A stretch of DNA of 11,022 bases, from the NCBI GenBank assembly GCA_022571635.1, contig JACZXL010000115.1, positions 1 to 11,022 on the forward strand, in the 5' to 3' direction. Position 1 is the first letter of the stretch. Every line of letters begins with the position of its first letter. The position numbers and the translations under genes were made by a program. Shown here one piece after another: positions 1-7,506 of the stretch. A model generated the notes under the pieces. The model worked only from the letters and a program-made list of their open reading frames with translations, ran no database searches and had not been told where the DNA came from. Source of the stretch: Planctomycetota bacterium. Lineage in GTDB: Bacteria; Planctomycetota; Phycisphaerae; Phycisphaerales; SM1A02.

Positions 1-560
1 ATGCGCACCGGCAATCTTCCCTCTTCCTCCACATACTCGATCGTCGCGCCGAGTTTGCGCAGCATGTCTACGCCCTCAGCGATCGGCCGTTCGCGCATTC
101 GCTTTGAACCATCGACAACGACCGGCTCGGCGGCCAGACACGCGCAAGCGATCATGAAACGTGTCGGCGCGCCGCCATCGCCGAGATTGACCTCGCCGCC
201 GCGCGGGAATCGCCCGTTTACCCCCTTGATATAGACATCCTCACCATCCCAGCGAGCCTCAGCCCCGAGCGTACACAGCGCATCGAGCAATTTGTCGGTG
301 TCGTCCGCCCGCAGCGGCCGAATGATCTTCGATTCCCCATCCGCCAGCGCCGCCAGCACATACGCCCGGCAAGTGATGCTCTTACTTCCGGGCGGCGTGA
401 TCGTGACGTCAAACGGCTTTGACAGCGGCTCAATCGGCAGCGGATCAGGCAGTTGATCCAATGGCAGCGTGTAATCGATCACGCTTCGATCATACCCAAG
501 CGAGCCTGTCCCTGTTTCCACTCTTGCCTGGCGACGTTCATCACTCGCTATCGCGGTCAT
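1..560 (-). CDS. aroA: 3-phosphoshikimate 1-carboxyvinyltransferase (EPSP synthase), N-terminal ~185 codons. The gene continues past the left edge of the window. The start codon is uncertain: ATG at 560 or 584, GTG at 482, or TTG at 461.
   Basis: Manual minus-strand translation (frame with first bases at positions congruent to 2 mod 3) gives ...PLSKPFDVTITPPGSKSITCRAYVLAALADGESKIIRPLRADDTDKLLDALCTLGAEARWDGEDVYIKGVNGRFPRGGEVNLGDGGAPTRFMIACACLAAEPVVVDGSKRMRERPIAEGVDMLRKLGATIEYVEEEGRLPVRI. The PGSKSI glycine-rich loop, LG-GG-TR and GS-KRM-ERPI motifs and the overall order match the EPSP synthase N-terminal domain. The frame is open to position 1 with no stop. It is absent from the supplied ORF track because it has no in-window stop. 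The plus-strand frame-1 ORF 1..234 is its Ser/Pro/Thr-rich antisense shadow. Confidence 0.75.
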   Translation of the reverse strand, partial: MTAIASDERRQARVETGTGSLGYDRSVIDYTLPLDQLPDPLPIEPLSKPFDVTITPPGSKSITCRAYVLAALADGESKIIRPLRADDTDKLLDALCTLGAEARWDGEDVYIKGVNGRFPRGGEVNLGDGGAPTRFMIACACLAAEPVVVDGSKRMRERPIAEGVDMLRKLGATIEYVEEEGRLPVR

Positions 561-999
561 ACGGGACAATGCGCTGCCACTCATCGGCGGCGGCCCGGGC
601 GACGACCGCCACCACCGGCTCCGTGTCCGAAAGATTGAACACCTCGTGCGGCACGTCCGGCTTGATGAAGATGAAGTCGCCGGCTCCGTTCTCAATTGAT
701 TTCTTCAGCCCGGGGCCGTACTCGTGGCGCACGCGCCCTTTGATGATGTACAGCATCAGCTCGAACCCGACGTGGATGTGGGCATAGGCCACCCCGCCCG
801 GCGGGATCGTAGCCACGTTCATCGACAGGTGCTCGGATCCTACGTTCCTCGCCGACATCCCGGTCTTGTACCGGATGCCATTCCAGCCGCGACAATTCTC
901 GTGACCTCGAATGACCAGAATCCCGTCGCCGCCTTCAACGGCAACAAGATCCTCAGTGACTTCAGTTGAGGTGATCGGTTCGTGAGGCATCTTCTTCAT
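541..999 (-). CDS. cupin-2 (conserved barrel) domain protein, 152 aa, function not assignable
   Basis: Two-motif cupin signature: G(X)5 H-I-H-VGF-E (AHIHVGFE) and GDFIFIKPDVPHEVFN (G-D...P-x-x-x-H...N). ATG start MKKMPHE is preceded by AAGGA about 9 nt upstream. The stop at 541-543 overlaps the candidate aroA start region. Confidence 0.8.
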   Translation of the reverse strand: MKKMPHEPITSTEVTEDLVAVEGGDGILVIRGHENCRGWNGIRYKTGMSARNVGSEHLSMNVATIPPGGVAYAHIHVGFELMLYIIKGRVRHEYGPGLKKSIENGAGDFIFIKPDVPHEVFNLSDTEPVVAVVARAAADEWQRIVPYDRDSE

Positions 1000-1055
1000 C
1001 CTTGCTCGGCCGTGGTCGGTCGTTCGGTATTGTATTCTCGCCGATATTGTCGCGG

Positions 1056-2282
1056 TCAGTTGACTTCCTCAACTGAAACAGCGCGTTGATAGGCACCGCG
1101 GTCGAGTCGGCGCGTGCGGGTCGCCGGCTCATCCACCTGAGGTCGGATCACATACTTGCCGGCCTTGGGCGGATGCCAGGTGTGCGTCCACAAGGTCCAG
1201 GTGTTTGTCGTCTTGTGTTCGTAGGATTCGACCGGCACATACGTCTCGTCGCGATTGAAGCGGATGACCAGGGCATCGGTCGTCTGCTTGCCGCCCCAAA
1301 GAATCCCCACGACTCGATAGACGATCTTCCCGTCGATGCGCCATTTCTCGACGCGCACGGGCATGGCGGCAATGTCGATCTCGGCGGGCTGAAAATCCTT
1401 GGCCAGCCTGGGCGCACCCGGTTGGTGAGTTCGTCCGGCGAACTGGCGCATGTGTCTCGTGGCGGGCGCGGTGTCGTCGACAAACTCAATTTCATCGAGC
1501 CATTTGATGCACGCGCAACCGTACCACCCTGGCACGACGAGACGAATCGGGTATCCATGGTCCCGGGGAAGTGCGACGCCGTTCATCTGCGTGGCGAGGA
1601 ATGCCCCAGTTTCCTTCAATTGATCGAGCGTGAATATCCAGTCCGCGCCGCGCTCGTCGTAGCCGGAATCGAACTTGGAATGGTCATCAAATCCCGAGAT
1701 GCGAATGCGCGTCGCCTGGGCAAGAGCGTTCGCCCCGCTCAGGACTGTGCTTACCGGCACTCCACTCCACCGTGCTGCGCTCATCAGCCCGGTGAGACCA
1801 CGGCCGGCGCACTCCAGAAGATGAACACCCATCGGTTGGGCGCGTGCAGTAATTTCTTGGACGGGAATGTCGATCGGCTTCCGTACCAGTCCATGAATAC
1901 GGATGTTCCACGGTTTGGTGTAGTCGATGCGGTCCGGACAACGCGTGCGGATGAAGAACCGATCGTTCGGAGTAATGAGCGAATCCGGGGTGAGGGCGCT
2001 GAGGTCCGGGCGGAGTCGACCATTCAATCCGCGGCCGTAGGCTTTTTCGTGCGGGCGCGAGTCGCGTTTTTGATCGTCGAAGCGAAGCGTGCCGATGCGT
2101 TCGCCTCGCGCGAACGGATCGCCGGGCGGAGGATCGATCAAGGTGGCCAGCGCATCATCAATGAGCAACTGCGAAGCGGACCATCCGATGAGCGAGACCG
2201 CGCCGAGCTTTACGGAATCGGCGAGAAACAGTCGGCGTGAGCCCTGGTTCATGTCGTCGTCTTCCTCATAGCGCATCCTCAA
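1056..2282 (-). CDS. Tat-exported sulfite-oxidase-family molybdopterin oxidoreductase with Moco-binding and dimerisation domains. The likely true start is ATG at 2276; the track starts at an in-frame TTG at 2282.
   Basis: Twin-arginine signal SRRLFLADSVKLGAVSLIGWSA near the N-terminus. HLLECAGRG carries the conserved Mo-ligand cysteine of the sulfite-oxidase fold (ECAGN-R-like). Length (~406 aa) and C-terminal beta-rich region fit the sulfite-oxidase dimerisation domain. No heme or cytochrome domain in the ORF. Confidence 0.8.
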   Translation of the reverse strand: MRMRYEEDDDMNQGSRRLFLADSVKLGAVSLIGWSASQLLIDDALATLIDPPPGDPFARGERIGTLRFDDQKRDSRPHEKAYGRGLNGRLRPDLSALTPDSLITPNDRFFIRTRCPDRIDYTKPWNIRIHGLVRKPIDIPVQEITARAQPMGVHLLECAGRGLTGLMSAARWSGVPVSTVLSGANALAQATRIRISGFDDHSKFDSGYDERGADWIFTLDQLKETGAFLATQMNGVALPRDHGYPIRLVVPGWYGCACIKWLDEIEFVDDTAPATRHMRQFAGRTHQPGAPRLAKDFQPAEIDIAAMPVRVEKWRIDGKIVYRVVGILWGGKQTTDALVIRFNRDETYVPVESYEHKTTNTWTLWTHTWHPPKAGKYVIRPQVDEPATRTRRLDRGAYQRAVSVEEVN

Positions 2283-2324
2283 TCGGTATCACCGCCCAAC
2301 CAACCGCGGGGGCTATTCAATGCG

Positions 2325-3485
2325 TCATCCTTCCAACGCTTGGCGCAGGTCGGCGATGAGCTCATTCGTGTCCTCGATGCCGACCGACAGGCGGATGAGG
2401 CCGTCGCGGACGCCGAGCCGCAGTCGTTCCTCGGGCTCAACGTTGGCGTACGCGGTCGCGGCCGGGCGGATAATCAGCGACTCCACCCCGCCCAAGCTCA
2501 CGGCGACGATCGGGATCGTGACGCACTGCAGCAATCGCTCAGCGGCGTCAAGCCCGCCCGTCAGCTCGAAACTCAGCATCCCGCCGAACCCGTCAAACAG
2601 ATCGCAGGCGCGTCGATGGGCGGGGTGCGACTCGAGCCCGGGGTAGTTGACCCGATCGACGCTGGGGTGTTGCTCCAGGAAACGCGCGATGAGCAAAGCG
2701 CTTTCGTTTTGTTGGCGGACACGGAGCGCGACCGTCTTGATGCCGCGCTGCAACAGGTAACACGCGTGCGGATCGAGCATCCCGCCGAGATGATTCAGCC
2801 GGAGTCTGATTTGCTCGATCTGATCGGCTCGACCGATCACGGCGCCAGCGGCGAGATCGCTGTGCCCATTCAAATACTTTGTGCAACTATGCAGCGAAAG
2901 ATCGAATCCGATCTCGGTCGGTCGAAAGTTCACCGGACTTGTGAATGTGTTGTCGACCATCGAGACAAGATTGTGCGCGCGGGCAAACTTCACGACACCC
3001 ACAAGGTCCGGCACCTGCATGAGCGGGTTCGCGATGGACTCGACGTAGATAGCGCGTGTGTTCGGCTGGAGCTTGCTTCGCCAATCTTCGGGATCGCTTC
3101 CATCGATAAAACTGTGTGAGATGCCGAAGCGGGGCAGTTCGTTCGTGATCAACCCGTGCGTGCCGCCGTAGGGGCATTCCATCGCCAACAGATGGTCACC
3201 AGACTGAAGCACGGTGAGGAGGGTGGTGGAGATCGCGGCCATGCCGCTGGACGTAACGAGCGCCGCCTCTGCCTTCTCCAAGGCCGCGAGCTTTTGGTGC
3301 AGGACCTCATGATTGGGCGTGTTGCTGAGCCGAACGTAGCGCGTGGCGTGATAGTCCGTCCCGCCTTCGTAGATAAACGTGGAGGACTGGAAAATCGGCA
3401 TCGTGACTGCGCCACCGATGCGTGGATCCGGCTCACCGGCGTGAACGGCGGCCGTCGCAATGCTCTGAAATGACTTACTGCTCAT
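2325..3485 (-). CDS. PLP-dependent Cys/Met-metabolism enzyme (cystathionine gamma-synthase / cystathionine beta-lyase / methionine gamma-lyase family)
   Basis: 386 aa. Family-typical N-terminus (ATAAVHAGE...SSTF), SLHSCTKYLNGHSD with the PLP-lysine (S-x-T-K-Y-x-x-G-H-x-D), C-terminal RLSVGIEDTNELIADL. Confidence 0.85.
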   Translation of the reverse strand: MSSKSFQSIATAAVHAGEPDPRIGGAVTMPIFQSSTFIYEGGTDYHATRYVRLSNTPNHEVLHQKLAALEKAEAALVTSSGMAAISTTLLTVLQSGDHLLAMECPYGGTHGLITNELPRFGISHSFIDGSDPEDWRSKLQPNTRAIYVESIANPLMQVPDLVGVVKFARAHNLVSMVDNTFTSPVNFRPTEIGFDLSLHSCTKYLNGHSDLAAGAVIGRADQIEQIRLRLNHLGGMLDPHACYLLQRGIKTVALRVRQQNESALLIARFLEQHPSVDRVNYPGLESHPAHRRACDLFDGFGGMLSFELTGGLDAAERLLQCVTIPIVAVSLGGVESLIIRPAATAYANVEPEERLRLGVRDGLIRLSVGIEDTNELIADLRQALEG

Positions 3486-3566
3486 AGGACTACCCTGTCA
3501 AACTGCAGAAATTCGTGATGAATCGGAGGGTATTGTAGTGCCCGCCGCACGCCCTCCGCGCCTCAT

Positions 3567-3596
3567 TGCCCCGTCCCGCACAATAGTTGGTAGAAT
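3567..3596 (+). promoter_or_regulatory. candidate sigma70-type promoter TTGCCC-N18-TAGAAT with a TGg immediately upstream of the -10 (extended -10). It would fire rightward toward the flotillin-like gene.
   Basis: TTGCCC at 3567-3572, TGG at 3588-3590, TAGAAT at 3591-3596. Only clear -35/-10 pair in the 370-nt divergent intergenic region. Predicted TSS about 3603. Confidence 0.3.
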
Positions 3597-3601
3597 GAGC
3601 C

Positions 3602-3685
3602 ATGGCTACCAAGAGAATAAACGACGGCGACATCAAACAGCTCGCCAAGAGCCTCGCCGAGCTGGGCGAAGAGAAATCGAGGTAG
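3602..3685 (+). CDS. candidate 27-codon small ORF (MATKRINDGDIKQLAKSLAELGEEKSR) starting at the predicted TSS, possibly leaderless
   Basis: ATG at 3602 lies about 6-7 nt after the TAGAAT box. Third codon positions are mostly G/C, matching host coding style. Stop TAG at 3683-3685. No homology recognised. Could equally be untranslated 5' leader of the flotillin-like gene. Confidence 0.15.
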   Translation: MATKRINDGDIKQLAKSLAELGEEKSR

Positions 3686-3714
3686 CACGGCGCCCCAGTC
3701 GTTTGAGCAGGGGG

Positions 3715-3744
3715 CATGTCCGAAATCGGCAAGCGACGGACATG
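3715..3744. promoter_or_regulatory. perfect 8-bp inverted repeat CATGTCCG-N14-CGGACATG in the leader region upstream of the flotillin-like gene
   Basis: CATGTCCG at 3715-3722 and CGGACATG at 3737-3744 are exact reverse complements. Lies between the candidate promoter and the flotillin RBS. Could be an operator or an RNA hairpin. Confidence 0.3.
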
Positions 3745-3856
3745 TGACTGGAAAAATTCGGGGCGTAGACTTGCGATGGATAGTGGGGGAGGGGCAACGG
3801 CGGGCCGAAGGTCGGCACGCGATCGCCTGGGTTTTTCATGGGGGAAGGAGTCAGCT

Positions 3857-5440
3857 ATGACAATCGGATTCATGCTTGTAGGAGTGGTGCTAGCGGTCCT
3901 GATCGTGACCGGCACCATGAAGTTGCCCGGCACGGCCGTGAAGGCAGCCGGCGGCGTCGTCGCACTGCTCGTGCTCTTGGCGTCGTTCGCGCTCAGCTCT
4001 TTTCGGCTCGTTGGGGAAAACCAGATCGGCGTCGTCAGCAGGAACATCGGCGGCGGCTCGCTTGCTCCGGGCAAGATCATTGCCACCAAGGGTGAGATGG
4101 GCCCGCAAGCCAAGATCCTCCCCCCGGGTTGGCACCCCTGGCTGTGGCCGGTGATCTACGATGTCGACACACGATTTCTGGTTGAGATCAAAGAAGGAGA
4201 GATAGCGCTGCTGACGGCCATGGACGGACAGTCGTTGCCGCCTGGGGAGATTTATGCCCCAGAGTGGGATGAATCGCTGCAGAAGCGCATGGCTGAGGAT
4301 GCCGAGTTCTTCCTCTCTACCGAAGGGGGCGGCTACAAGGGCCCGCAAGCCTCGGTTCTCACCCCGGGCAAGTATCGCATCAACCCCATGCTCTTTACGC
4401 ATGAGATTGTCGACGTCACCAACGTCAAGAAGGCGACGGTCGGCGTGGTCAAGTCCAACGTCGGCGACGTTCCTGCGGGAGCGGGCGATACACTCAGCGC
4501 TCTCGTTGAAAAGGGTCAGCGCGGCATCTGGCGCGAGCCGCTGCTGCCCCAGGAGTATTACCTGAACACCAAGGCCTACGAAGTAACGATGATCTCGACG
4601 GCCAAATGGGTGATCAGTTACACGGGACGCGGCACAGGAACCGGGCAGCGGGAGATTCCCGTCCGCACCTCCGATGGGTTTGACTTCCCCGTGGACGTGC
4701 GGGTGGAGTACGAGATCAAACCGGTCGACGCGCCGCTCGTGGTCGCCCTCTTCGAGGACGACAAGGAGAAGCTGCTTGAGCGTCTGAACTCCGCGGTCCG
4801 CGCGATCTTCCGCAACAACGCCGAAACCGTGAAGGCCCTGGACTACGTGCAGCAGCGTTCGCAGCAGGAGTCGCAGTCGCTGGCAATGCTGGCCGAGGAG
4901 ATGACGAAGGTCGGCGTGACCGTCACCGCGGTTCGCATCGCCGGTGTGGCCGAGGATGGGTCGTTGGATGCGCTGCTCAAAACCCAGACGGATCGGCAGA
5001 TCGCTGACGAAGAGGTCCAGACGTTCCGACAACAACAGCTCGCCGCCGAGCAGGAGAAGGCATTGACACGCACGAAGCAGGAAGCTGAAGAAGAAAAGCG
5101 ATTGGCGACGGCGAGGTATGAAGTCCAAATCGCCGAACAAGATAGGGAGAAGCGCATCATCGCAGCCGGCGCCGAAGCGGAGGCGATCCGCATCAAGGCC
5201 GAAGCCCAGGCGGAGGCCTACCGGGTGATCGCCCTGCAGATCGGCTCCGGCAACGCCGCCCTGCTCGAGCTGCTCAAGATCGTCGGCGAAAGCGGCATCA
5301 ACATCACGCCGCGCGTCATGGTTATCAGCGGCTCGAACGGCGGCACGAACGGAACGGGTTCCGCCGAAACGACCGCGCTGATCGGGACGATGCTGGACAG
5401 TATGCTGTCGCGCGACAAGGCCGAAGGCGACGGGAAGTAG
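3857..5440 (+). CDS. flotillin-like SPFH/band-7 membrane protein (YqiK-type): N-terminal TM helix, SPFH domain, Glu/Ala-rich coiled coil, Gly/Asn/Thr-rich tail
   Basis: True start ATG at 3857 (MTIGFMLVGVVLAVLIVTG...) with AAGGAG 6 nt upstream. The track ORF from 3716 is a spurious 5' extension. QIGVV...G...PG.H core, then AEQEKALTRTKQEAEEEKRLATARYEVQIAEQDREKRIIAAGAEAEAIRIKAEAQAEAYRVIALQIG, the characteristic EA-repeat coiled coil of flotillin/YqiK. 527 aa fits YqiK-length proteins. Confidence 0.85.
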   Translation: MTIGFMLVGVVLAVLIVTGTMKLPGTAVKAAGGVVALLVLLASFALSSFRLVGENQIGVVSRNIGGGSLAPGKIIATKGEMGPQAKILPPGWHPWLWPVIYDVDTRFLVEIKEGEIALLTAMDGQSLPPGEIYAPEWDESLQKRMAEDAEFFLSTEGGGYKGPQASVLTPGKYRINPMLFTHEIVDVTNVKKATVGVVKSNVGDVPAGAGDTLSALVEKGQRGIWREPLLPQEYYLNTKAYEVTMISTAKWVISYTGRGTGTGQREIPVRTSDGFDFPVDVRVEYEIKPVDAPLVVALFEDDKEKLLERLNSAVRAIFRNNAETVKALDYVQQRSQQESQSLAMLAEEMTKVGVTVTAVRIAGVAEDGSLDALLKTQTDRQIADEEVQTFRQQQLAAEQEKALTRTKQEAEEEKRLATARYEVQIAEQDREKRIIAAGAEAEAIRIKAEAQAEAYRVIALQIGSGNAALLELLKIVGESGINITPRVMVISGSNGGTNGTGSAETTALIGTMLDSMLSRDKAEGDGK

Positions 5441-5480
5441 CCTGTCGATTCCGTAACTGATAGCCGCCCGTGCGGACATG

Positions 5481-5517
5481 AAAAAAAGCCCCGGATTTCC
5501 ATCCGGGGCTTTGTTTG
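5481..5517. terminator. bidirectional rho-independent terminator shared by convergent flotillin-like (+) and S8 peptidase (-) genes
   Basis: A7-AGCCCCGGAT-TTCC-ATCCGGGGCT-TTGTTTG: 9-10 bp GC-rich perfect stem, 4-nt loop, A-tract on one side and T-rich tract on the other. Confidence 0.7.
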
Positions 5518-5567
5518 ATCCTTTAAGGCGACGGTGTGTCGCCCTGACGCATGCGGCGATGCCTGTC

Positions 5568-7280
5568 TTACGGGCAAGGCCCCCATTTGCCCAGCAAGAT
5601 GAGCAGATCCTTCACCCCAACGTCGCCGTCGTCGTCGAAGTCAGGCGGACCGCCTGGGTTGGTGTTCCACTGCCCAAGCAACGAGAGAAGGTCGGTCAGG
5701 CCGACGAAGTCGTCGTCGTCCATATCCCACGGGCAAGGCGTGCCCATCTTCAAGGCCAGAACAACGGCTTCAAAGGCATCAACCCGGCCGGCGCCGAAGC
5801 TATTATCCATTCCGGGGGCGCCAAGGTCGATCGCAGTCTGCTGGAGAATCTCCTTGACCTGGAAGTGATCGAGATCAGGGTTGGCCTCGAGTATAAGTGC
5901 GACGGCCCCCGCGACATGCGGGGTGGCCATCGAAGTGCCGCTGATGCTGAAGTACCCCACGCAATTGTTGGAGGTGGAGATCGTGCTCACGCCCGGGGCG
6001 GCAACGCTCGGCTTGATGCAGCCCGGAGGGTAGGGGCAGTCGTTCCAAGGGAGAATGCCCTGCCAAGTGATCGGACCGCAACTGCTGAATCCCGCGATGA
6101 AATCGCCGCAGTCGGTTGCGCCGATCGTAAGGAGGTCCGGCACATCGCCGGGCGTGCGAACATTGTCCGGCGGATTACCACAGCCTTCATTGCCCGCGGC
6201 GTAGATCACCACCACGCCGGCGGCGATCGTCGCTTCACAAACGCTGCGCCACGTCACCCGATCCGGGTTCCACGAGTGAAGCCAGCCGATGCTCGCGGTG
6301 ACCACGTCTGCACCGTTATCGACCGCGTATTGCATGGCCTCCCAGACCGAGGCCTGGCCGGAGGCGATGTCGTTCCAGAATTCGAGGATCATCATCGACA
6401 CGTCCGGCGCCATGCCGGTCGTCGTCCCGTTGGTTCCGTCGCCGGCCACGGTGCCTGTCGTATGCGTGCCGTGACCGTTACTGTCGGAAATGTTGTTGTT
6501 GTTAAACTGGAAGTTCCAACCGTTGATGTCATCGACGTAACCGTTCATGTCATCGTCGATGCCGTTGTTGGGGATCTCGCCCGGGTTGTGCCAGATCTGG
6601 TTCACGAGATCGGGATGGGTGATGCAGCAACCAGTGTCGATGATGCCGACGACCACGCCCTCGCCGGTGATGCCCAGGTCATTCCAGACTTCCGGTGCTC
6701 GCATGAGTTGCACGCCGCACTCGATGTTGCCGCCGGACGTCGGCGATCCGCCCGCTCCCAATTCAGGCTCAATCGGTTCGACGGGGAAGACCTCCGGGCC
6801 GATCGGTTTGTCATAGCTGACATAATCCACGTCGCCGCGCTGGGTAATGCGACGGATCGCGGCGGCAGTAGCGTCAGTCGCCACGACGTTTTGAATCCAC
6901 AACGGACGAACACGAGCGCCGACCGCACCGCGATTTTTCTCCGCCGCGAGCTGGTTGAGGATCCCATGCTGTGATGCCTGGGCTTGAGCCTTCAGCAGCG
7001 TCTTCACCGCGTTCCGCCGCGCCCGCTTGTCGGGGATAGCGCTGGCCTGGGCGAGATCGCCCGCGGCAACCTGAGCTTGCAAGACGATGATAATCGGAAT
7101 CAACACGCCCTCCTCGGCATCGCGCATCACCTCCGCGAGCTCGCCGTGAAGCTTCTGGTCGACGTTGACCTTAACATTGTTGCGTAGTGAACCTGCTCTG
7201 GGACTCACGGCCCCGTTCAGGACGGTACACCAACTCCCCGCCACGACCACGCAAGCCAGTCCAACTGCGATGCGAATCAC
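5568..7280 (-). CDS. secreted subtilisin-like serine peptidase (MEROPS S8 style) with signal peptide, I9-type propeptide and C-terminal cysteine-bracketed pair of dockerin-like Ca-binding repeats (paralog 1)
   Basis: Catalytic triad motifs VGIIDTG (Asp), HGTHTTG (His), GTSMATPH (Ser), oxyanion AAGNEG. Start reassigned to GTG at 7280 (MIRIAVGLACVVVAGSWCTVLNGA signal peptide) with AAGGAG 6 nt upstream. The track's longer N-terminus is leader. C-terminus CPWDMDDDDFVGLTDLLSLLGQW...DFDDDGDVGVKDLLILLGKWGPCP is two D-x-D-x-D-G-x-V-G-x-x-D-L-L-x-L-L-G-x-W repeats. Confidence 0.9.
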   Translation of the reverse strand: MIRIAVGLACVVVAGSWCTVLNGAVSPRAGSLRNNVKVNVDQKLHGELAEVMRDAEEGVLIPIIIVLQAQVAAGDLAQASAIPDKRARRNAVKTLLKAQAQASQHGILNQLAAEKNRGAVGARVRPLWIQNVVATDATAAAIRRITQRGDVDYVSYDKPIGPEVFPVEPIEPELGAGGSPTSGGNIECGVQLMRAPEVWNDLGITGEGVVVGIIDTGCCITHPDLVNQIWHNPGEIPNNGIDDDMNGYVDDINGWNFQFNNNNISDSNGHGTHTTGTVAGDGTNGTTTGMAPDVSMMILEFWNDIASGQASVWEAMQYAVDNGADVVTASIGWLHSWNPDRVTWRSVCEATIAAGVVVIYAAGNEGCGNPPDNVRTPGDVPDLLTIGATDCGDFIAGFSSCGPITWQGILPWNDCPYPPGCIKPSVAAPGVSTISTSNNCVGYFSISGTSMATPHVAGAVALILEANPDLDHFQVKEILQQTAIDLGAPGMDNSFGAGRVDAFEAVVLALKMGTPCPWDMDDDDFVGLTDLLSLLGQWNTNPGGPPDFDDDGDVGVKDLLILLGKWGPCP

Positions 7281-7344
7281 CTCGATCTCCTTGAAGGGGC
7301 GTTGTTTGGGTTCGGTTCGGCCGGCCTCCAACCGGCTACCCATC

Positions 7345-7352
7345 AATATACA
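7345..7352 (-). promoter_or_regulatory. candidate -10 element TGTATATT (minus strand) for S8 paralog 1, conserved with the paralog 2 upstream region
   Basis: Minus-strand cTGTATATTgatgggTAGCC here versus cTGTATATTagTAGCC upstream of paralog 2. Both are followed about 55 nt later by a conserved CCCAAACAA...CCCTTC(A/C)AAGGAGATC leader and the start codon. The -35 is unclear (TTGG-containing GC-rich stretch 20 nt upstream). Confidence 0.3.
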
Positions 7353-7506
7353 GCATCGGTCCGGCGGAGCCGCCAAAATCCCGACCAATATAGGAAGAGA
7401 TTCTCGGACCTTCGATGCTCACAGACGGTTCGGAACCTCATCTGATCAATCGAGCGTCGTCTGCCGGCAAGAGGTCGGGAGTGACGGCTCTCCTTGATGC
7501 CTTCGC

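Noticed and set aside
1057-1075. Perfect 7-bp palindrome CAGTTGA-CTTCC-TCAACTG
   Set aside because: Lies across the last codons and stop (TGA) of the sulfite-oxidase-family gene and is not followed by a U-tract. More likely coincidental or a weak RNA structure than a terminator.
1086-2240. 384-aa plus-strand ORF
   Set aside because: Antisense to the sulfite-oxidase-family gene. Arg/Gly/Ala-rich composition typical of shadow frames in high-GC DNA. No recognisable motifs.
2340-3119. 259-aa plus-strand ORF
   Set aside because: Antisense shadow of the CGS-family gene, which has clear PLP-enzyme motifs on the minus strand.
3490-4113. 207-aa minus-strand ORF spanning the divergent intergenic region and the flotillin 5' end
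   Set aside because: Pro/Ser/Thr/Ala-rich, overlaps the well-supported flotillin start and the promoter region. No motif. Composition typical of a non-coding frame.
3890-5479. 529-aa minus-strand ORF
   Set aside because: Antisense shadow of the flotillin-like gene. Arg/Leu/Gly-rich, no start context. The plus-strand frame carries the SPFH / EA-repeat signature.
5478-6974. 498-aa plus-strand ORF
   Set aside because: Antisense shadow of S8 paralog 1. The minus-strand frame has the full Asp/His/Ser triad motifs.
7440-7506. Possible terminator downstream of S8 paralog 2
   Set aside because: Only short GC stems without a U-run. Read-through into the paralog 1 promoter region cannot be excluded, so no terminator was called.
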